From the human T2T-CHM13v2.0 reference genome, Homo sapiens, in the NCBI RefSeq assembly GCF_009914755.1, contig NC_060935.1: a stretch of 64,000 nt of DNA; one strand, written 5' to 3'. How positions within the stretch are numbered: the first letter of the stretch is position 1; each line of letters starts with the position of its first letter. This document shows positions 57,400-64,000 of this stretch, one piece after another. Below the pieces are notes generated by a model. That model was not told the origin of the DNA. It did no database searches and saw only the letters and a list, made by a program, of their open reading frames with translations. The position numbers were made by a program, and so were the translations under genes.

Positions 57400-57871
57400 G
57401 TGAGTGACTGCCCCGCCAGCCCACCTGCTCTCCTGAGGGGACCCTGGGTAGTTGCCATGCCTCCTCTATGCTCACACCTTTCACAGGATGTTTTTCCTTT
57501 AATTGGGATCTAGGCAAGACCAGAAAGGATTTAGAGTGGGTACCTAAAGAAGAGCTTCCTGGATATTTATCTAAAGCCTTCAGGGCAGGAGACTAAGGGC
57601 TTAGGGGGCTGTGACATCTTTCCTAGAGAGCCTAGCCAATAAGGGAACTGCTTGTTGACCTGAGTCGGGTTAGACATTGCCCTCTCTGGAGGGAGGGGAT
57701 GGATTTGATGACTTCTAGAAATGGTTGCCTGAGATATTGGCTCTGGGGACCCAGGAGTCCTTGTTGCTTGTGTGCAATTTGGTTGTTTTGAAAGCCCATG
57801 TCTGTGCCTCTCTCTCCTCTTACCCCCTCTGTGTCTCTACCGTACCCTCTGCCTGGGGTCCCCCACGCCAG

Positions 57872-57916
57872 TCGAGTCGCTTCCCGCCGAGCCCCTCCCA
57901 ACCGACGACCCAGCAG
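57872..57916 (+). CDS. PHLDB1: PHLDB1 candidate 45-nt cassette exon D
   Basis: cgccag|TCGAG...CAGCAG|gtagaa; phase 1/1; inserts VESLPAEPLPTDDPA. Confidence 0.7.
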
Positions 57917-58580
57917 GTAGAACGTTGGTCATAGAGGGCATTGCTTTGGCCAGGCAGCCCCTGCCCTGGCATCAGCATGATGTGTCCTGCCCAGGTCCCC
58001 ACTGCCTGCAGGCAGGGTCCCAGGCTGAGCTGGGTTGGGGTGTCTGCTGGCCTCACCCCTCCAGCTGGCCTCTCTTCTGCCCTCATCTGTGCTCTACCGT
58101 GTCTCCCCTGCCTTCTTTCTTGCGTTTGTTGCTTTTGCTTCTGCATTGCAGGGGGGTCTGCATTGGCAGTCTGGGTGCTCATGGGGTTTCTGCCATCTCT
58201 TCCTTCTCCCTTCTCCAGCAGGCAGGGTGGGTGCATGTATCCTGCCTAGACCTACTTAGGCCTTGGTTGTGAGCTGGAGCCAACTGGCTGTCGTGCTGCC
58301 CCAGCACTACTTGGGTAGGTTTGGTGTCCTATATGGACTCAGGGTGCGAAAGAGCACTGAAGCCAGACTGTGCATCTGTGGCCGGTTGTGCAGGCGACTG
58401 AAGCATTGGCAGAGCAGCCAGGCCTGGAGCTGCAGGGGCCTTAGGGAAGCTGCGGGGAGAGGGGGCTGCTCTGTGTTAACCTCTCCCTGCTTGCCCCTCC
58501 CTCTGTGTGTTGTGCTGCCAGTGGCCTGCTCCTTAGCTGCGTGGGGAGCCCACTGTGACTCCCATCTGTCTCTCCTTCAG

Positions 58581-58875
58581 GACAACAAGTGATTGAAGAG
58601 CAGCGGCGGCGACTGGCTGAGCTGAAGCAGAAAGCGGCAGCTGAGGCACAGTGCCAGTGGGATGCCCTTCACGGGGCAGCACCCTTCCCAGCGGGCCCCT
58701 CGGGCTTCCCCCCTCTCATGCACCACTCTATCCTACACCACCTGCCTGCGGGGCGGGAGCGTGGGGAGGAGGGTGAGCACGCCTATGATACGCTGAGTCT
58801 GGAGAGCTCTGACAGCATGGAGACCAGCATCTCCACCGGGGGCAACTCGGCCTGCTCCCCTGACAACATGTCCAG
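58581..58875 (+). CDS. PHLDB1: PHLDB1 coding exon 15
   Basis: GQQVIEEQRRRLAELKQKAAAEAQCQWDALHG...YDTLSLESSDSMETSISTGGNSACSPDNMS. Confidence 0.96.
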
Positions 58876-58959
58876 GTACACCCGACGCCTGGGCCCGCAG
58901 CCTCCCTCAGCCACCGCCTCAGCTCCTTGATGCACTTCCTCTTCCCCTTCTCTCCCCAG

Positions 58960-59050
58960 CGCGAGTGGTCTGGACATGGGGAAGATCGAGGAGATGGAGA
59001 AGATGCTGAAAGAGGCTCATGCAGAGAAGAACCGGCTCATGGAGTCGAGG
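58960..59050 (+). CDS. PHLDB1: PHLDB1 coding exon 16
   Basis: SASGLDMGKIEEMEKMLKEAHAEKNRLMESR; phase 2 to 0. Confidence 0.96.
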
Positions 59051-59203
59051 GTGAGTCTGACCTGGATCGGGGAGGCAGAAGGTGTTGGGGCACAGAGCTA
59101 CCTACTGCATGTCAAGGGCCTGTGCTCCACCCCAAGCCCTTCCACCCACATTAGCCTTGCCACATTCCCTTGGGGTAGAAAATGTTTTAAAAGGTTGTAT
59201 TCT

Positions 59204-59532
<329 letters not shown>

Positions 59533-60622
59533 TTAGGGAGGCTTGGTTTGATTACAACTTCATAGCTCTTAGGAACAGAGAAGGCAGCATAGTAACCATT
59601 CTCTAACCAATAATTTCCTGTATGGAAACTTCCAGTTTTTGCATGTTTACTTCTGTAGACTTTTTGGCAACTACAGGAATTTTGATTCCTGTCTACCCGT
59701 ATGGCAGGCCATTCCTCTTGGGGCTGATTAGGAAAAGCAGGAACTATGAGTGAAGTATAGACCAGAAGAGGAGGCAGATGTCCAAGTCAGTGTAGAGGTG
59801 TTGGCAGGGGAACCTTGGGAGCAGAGAGGGCTGACAGCTCCTTCACTTGGGCACGGAGCTGGGATTCAGCAAAGAGGGACCCATGGTTTATCCTGGGCAT
59901 AGGCAGGCTGATGAAATGTGTGCCTAGGAAGGAGGATAAATAAAGGATCTGCAGAAGCTGTTCTGTGTCCACCATTGGAGGCACTCTGCATATTTGAGAT
60001 GAGAGTGGGACGCAGAGAGTAAGGTCAGCAGTTTGAGGGATTTAATAAAAAACAGATACTGACAGTCTGAATGGAGGACCAGCCAGAAAAGAATGCCTCC
60101 TATCTTATTTATGTCTGAATATGGCAAATGTATAAGCATCTCCTGGCAAATGTGGGGAAAGGAGATTCTGCTAAGTTTTGAGCTGGGAAGAAATAGTAAA
60201 TGGGAGTTAATGGTATAGGAGGTCTTTATTAGTAATTAAGACATATAAAGCATCACTGACATGCTCTGTATTTAATTATTTGTTTTAATGACTTCTAAAA
60301 TCCTTTTATAGTGGCTTTTATAAGTTCAGTTCTGACCTTAGTCTCTAGTCACTTTTTTCCCATAAAGTTTGAAGTTCAATAGCAAATGTTTCTAATTTGA
60401 AGTTTCAGAAGGCCTTCAGTTAGTGATTGGGAAAGGACTATATATTAGCTGTCAAAAAAAGTTGTCTAGATAACCCATGTTGCGAGGATTCAGATACAAT
60501 TGTAAGAGCCCCATTTATTTTTTGAGTGCTTTCCAACTGGAATCAGTGATGGGCATTTATCTACATGATCTAATTTCATTTTCACTATAATTCCAGGAAT
60601 GGGCATTCTTAACTTCATTTCA

Positions 60623-60913
<291 letters not shown>

Positions 60914-61154
60914 TTATCAGGATCACAGAGCCCATAGTGGTAGCGGGGCCAGGGTTTGAAGTCAGGACAGTCATGCTTAAAGCATTTCTCTTTAACCAGC
61001 CAGGGCTCTTGGAGAGGGTGGGCTTTGAAGATGATGCCTCCTCATGCCAGACTACCCTGAGGTGGATTCCTCCTGCAGCCCTGCCCAGGTGTGAAGAGGG
61101 CCAGTGGGGGGAAGAGGATGGCCATAGGTGCTGACCCCTTGGCTTTGGGGGCAG

Positions 61155-61301
61155 GAGCGGGAGATGGAGCTGCGGCGGCAGGCCCTGGAGGAGGAGCGGC
61201 GGAGGCGTGAGCAGGTAGAACGGAGGCTGCAGAGTGAGAGTGCCCGGAGGCAGCAGCTGGTCGAGAAGGAGGTCAAGATGCGGGAGAAACAATTTTCCCA
61301 G
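61155..61301 (+). CDS. PHLDB1: PHLDB1 coding exon 17
   Basis: EREMELRRQALEEERRRREQVERRLQSESARRQQLVEKEVKMREKQFSQ. Confidence 0.96.
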
Positions 61302-61493
61302 GTGAATGGGCAGTGGGGCACAGTGGTGGTTGGTTTGACGGTGAGGGCTGTAGAGAAGTGGGGAGATCCCAGGGTTTCTGTGTTGGGCTGTAAAACCTGT
61401 TCTACTCCAGAAAAGATTGCTGTTGGCTTAATACTAGCAGAATTCTACCTGGGACTCATTGACCCCAAAACAGACCCACCAGGACTATTCAAG

Positions 61494-61542
<49 letters not shown>
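61494..61542. repeat. (TG)n microsatellite, ~24 units
   Basis: Pure dinucleotide run. Confidence 0.95.
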
Positions 61543-61546
<4 letters not shown>

Positions 61547-62215
61547 TGTGCTGGGGTAGTGGGTTGTAAGGATGTGGCAGGCCACCTTGCAGACATCCGG
61601 GGTCAGAGAAGAGGGTCTGGACAGGCATCCCAGAGATGGGAGCTGGTAGTCAAGAATCAGAGTGGCTCCCCTTGGCCTCTCTCCAGGGCCTCAGATCCGC
61701 TTCATGAGCCTGCGCTGCACCTTCCCTTCTGCTTCCCCTGCTGCCCCTCCTGCATGTGGAACTTCAGGGTGTGCTGGCCCACACCCCACAGGACCTTTCA
61801 GCTCCAGTCCCCACCATCAGTGGATGACCTCACTCTGACTTTTGGTTTACATCTCCAAGACAGAATTGTACTAGTTTCTCTTCGGGACAGAAATCCTTCC
61901 TTGCCCAAAAGCCAGCCCTACCCTTTCTCCTTAAACAGGAGACTTGAGCAGAACAATTGAAAGCAGAAGGAGAAATTGGTTTGGGCTGGGAAATCTGCCC
62001 ATGTCTCTGGTCCCAAATCCTAACTCCCACAACCCCCCATGAGAATCTGTAGGACTTAGATAGCCTGTCCCTTCTGATTAGTAGGCTTCCCCAGGTTGGG
62101 AGTCCCCTGGAATCTTTCCCAAGCAGTGATCACAGTTCCCTCATTTCCTACAGTGCAACAAAATAAATCCTAAGGGATAGGTCATCTGGATTGGGTTTGG
62201 GAAATAATGAGAAGG

Positions 62216-62520
62216 GGCTGGGCACAGTGGCTCACGTCTGTAATCCCAGCACTTTGGGAGGCCGAGGTACACAGATCACTTGAGTCCAGGAGTTCAGAGA
62301 CCAGCCTGGCCAACATGGCAAAACCCCATCTCTACAAAAAATACAAAAATTAGCTGGGCGTGGTTTCACACACCTGTAATCCTAGCTTACTCTGATGGCT
62401 GAGGCATGAGAATCGCTTGAATCCAGGAGGTGGAGGTTGCAGTGAGCCGAGATCATGCCACTGCACTCCAGTCTGGATGATGGAGTGAAATTCTGTCTCA
62501 GGAAAAAAAAAAAAGAAAAA
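62216..62520 (+). mobile_element. Alu
   Basis: Full-length Alu plus A-tail. Confidence 0.92.
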
Positions 62521-63295
62521 AGAAGCTCTGTGAATTTTACCCCCGTGGTTGGAATATTTGTAAAATGCTTGGCTTCCCTTTCCTGCTTCAGTCAGTGACT
62601 GTTCTGGGAGTCTCTCTTCTAGCCCCTGTCCTGGGGCTCAGGCATTGCTGCAGTGGCCACTGGTGTCTGGTGTGGGAGATGGGTAGAATCAGCTATCTGT
62701 GGGGTCGTGTGTTTTGTTTTTTTCTTTAAATAATATATGATGTTTCCTGGCCATTTTAATGTTCTTCTGGGACAGGAAGAGTAGAAAAATATTCCGGTTG
62801 ACTGAGAATTCTAGTTAGTATCAGAGGTAGAGTAGACCTTAGTAATTATCTAGTTCAAAGCCGGCGTTTTACATGGAAGGAAACTGAGGCCCAGAGAAGG
62901 GATGTGACCCAAACAAGGTCCCATGCGAAGTCAGAAACTAGATTTCTTATTGGGCTTTTCTTCCCAGACCACGTTCATATCTGGCCTCTTGCTGTATTCT
63001 CTTTGGCTCAGGAGGGAAAGGAGGGGCAGGGCAAGACAAAGATGCCGTGTCTTGGTCATAGGTGGGAAAACTGAGGCACAGAGTGACTTCGCAGTTTGCC
63101 CGGCCCTAGGTAGAGTCAACATAGGCATGGTAGGTCTCCACTTTTGCCATAAGCCCTGTGGAGCCACAGTGACCGCCATGGGTTAGGGAGGTGTGATGTC
63201 AGGCTGTTGGGGTTTAGAAGTGAAGCCAAGGGGCCTGGACAGGGGAATAATGAGGGAAGAGAGGAGACTCTCCTGACCCTCCCTCTTGCTCCCAG

Positions 63296-63412
63296 GCACG
63301 ACCCCTGACCCGCTACCTGCCAATCCGGAAGGAGGACTTTGACCTGAAGACACATATTGAGTCATCGGGCCATGGTGTTGATACCTGCCTGCACGTGGTG
63401 CTCAGCAGCAAG
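63296..63412 (+). CDS. PHLDB1: PHLDB1 coding exon 18
   Basis: ARPLTRYLPIRKEDFDLKTHIESSGHGVDTCLHVVLSSK. Confidence 0.96.
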
Positions 63413-63519
63413 GTACAAGGCGTGTGTGGCCCTGGGGTGCTGGGGAGAGGGAGAATCCCGTGGTGAGAGGCACCTCCTGGGTCGTTGGAATAGTGGCGTC
63501 AGTCTCTACCCTCACCTAA

Positions 63520-63903
<384 letters not shown>

Positions 63904-64000
63904 TGAAAATGTACACAATGTACCTGGTTCACCTCCATTTTTGTGTTCATTCATTCATTCCTTCATTCAGCAATGTTACTAAGCATCTAGTAAGTTCTAG

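Noticed and set aside
58876-58959. 84-nt intron as an in-frame retained segment
   Set aside because: In-frame TGA at 58928-58930 would truncate the protein

Overview
Human (or closely related primate) genomic DNA, Alu-dense, recognisable from the encoded peptides as the 11q23.3 ARCN1-PHLDB1 locus; both genes are on the + strand. 1-16.2 kb holds the last five exons and 3'UTR of ARCN1 (coatomer delta subunit, mu-homology domain), with a U6 retropseudogene, a MER21-like LTR, L1 fragments and about 20 Alus in its introns. About 19.6-24.5 kb is the multi-start CpG-island promoter of PHLDB1 (LL5alpha), containing a ~700-bp CA-rich minisatellite. From 27045 to the window end run 19 core PHLDB1 coding exons (FHA-like domain, Ser/Pro-rich region, coiled coils, start of the PH domain); the gene continues past the window. 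All core exons were checked for GT/AG boundaries and phase continuity. MIR6716 sits at the 3' end of a 131-nt intron with tailed-mirtron geometry. I see no wholly new gene system. What deserves follow-up is an extra isoform/RNA layer in PHLDB1: five frame-preserving cassette exons, several in-frame alternative first exons, an intronic module at 43.25-44.26 kb (Kozak ATG or microexon plus donor, an exact 32-nt copy of coding sequence, and a 41-bp near-perfect hairpin), a 248-nt AG-exclusion zone, and an in-frame route for ARCN1-PHLDB1 read-through. Some of these may already be in GENCODE/RefSeq predicted models, which I could not check. Repeat boundaries are approximate and subfamily names come from recalled consensus features.
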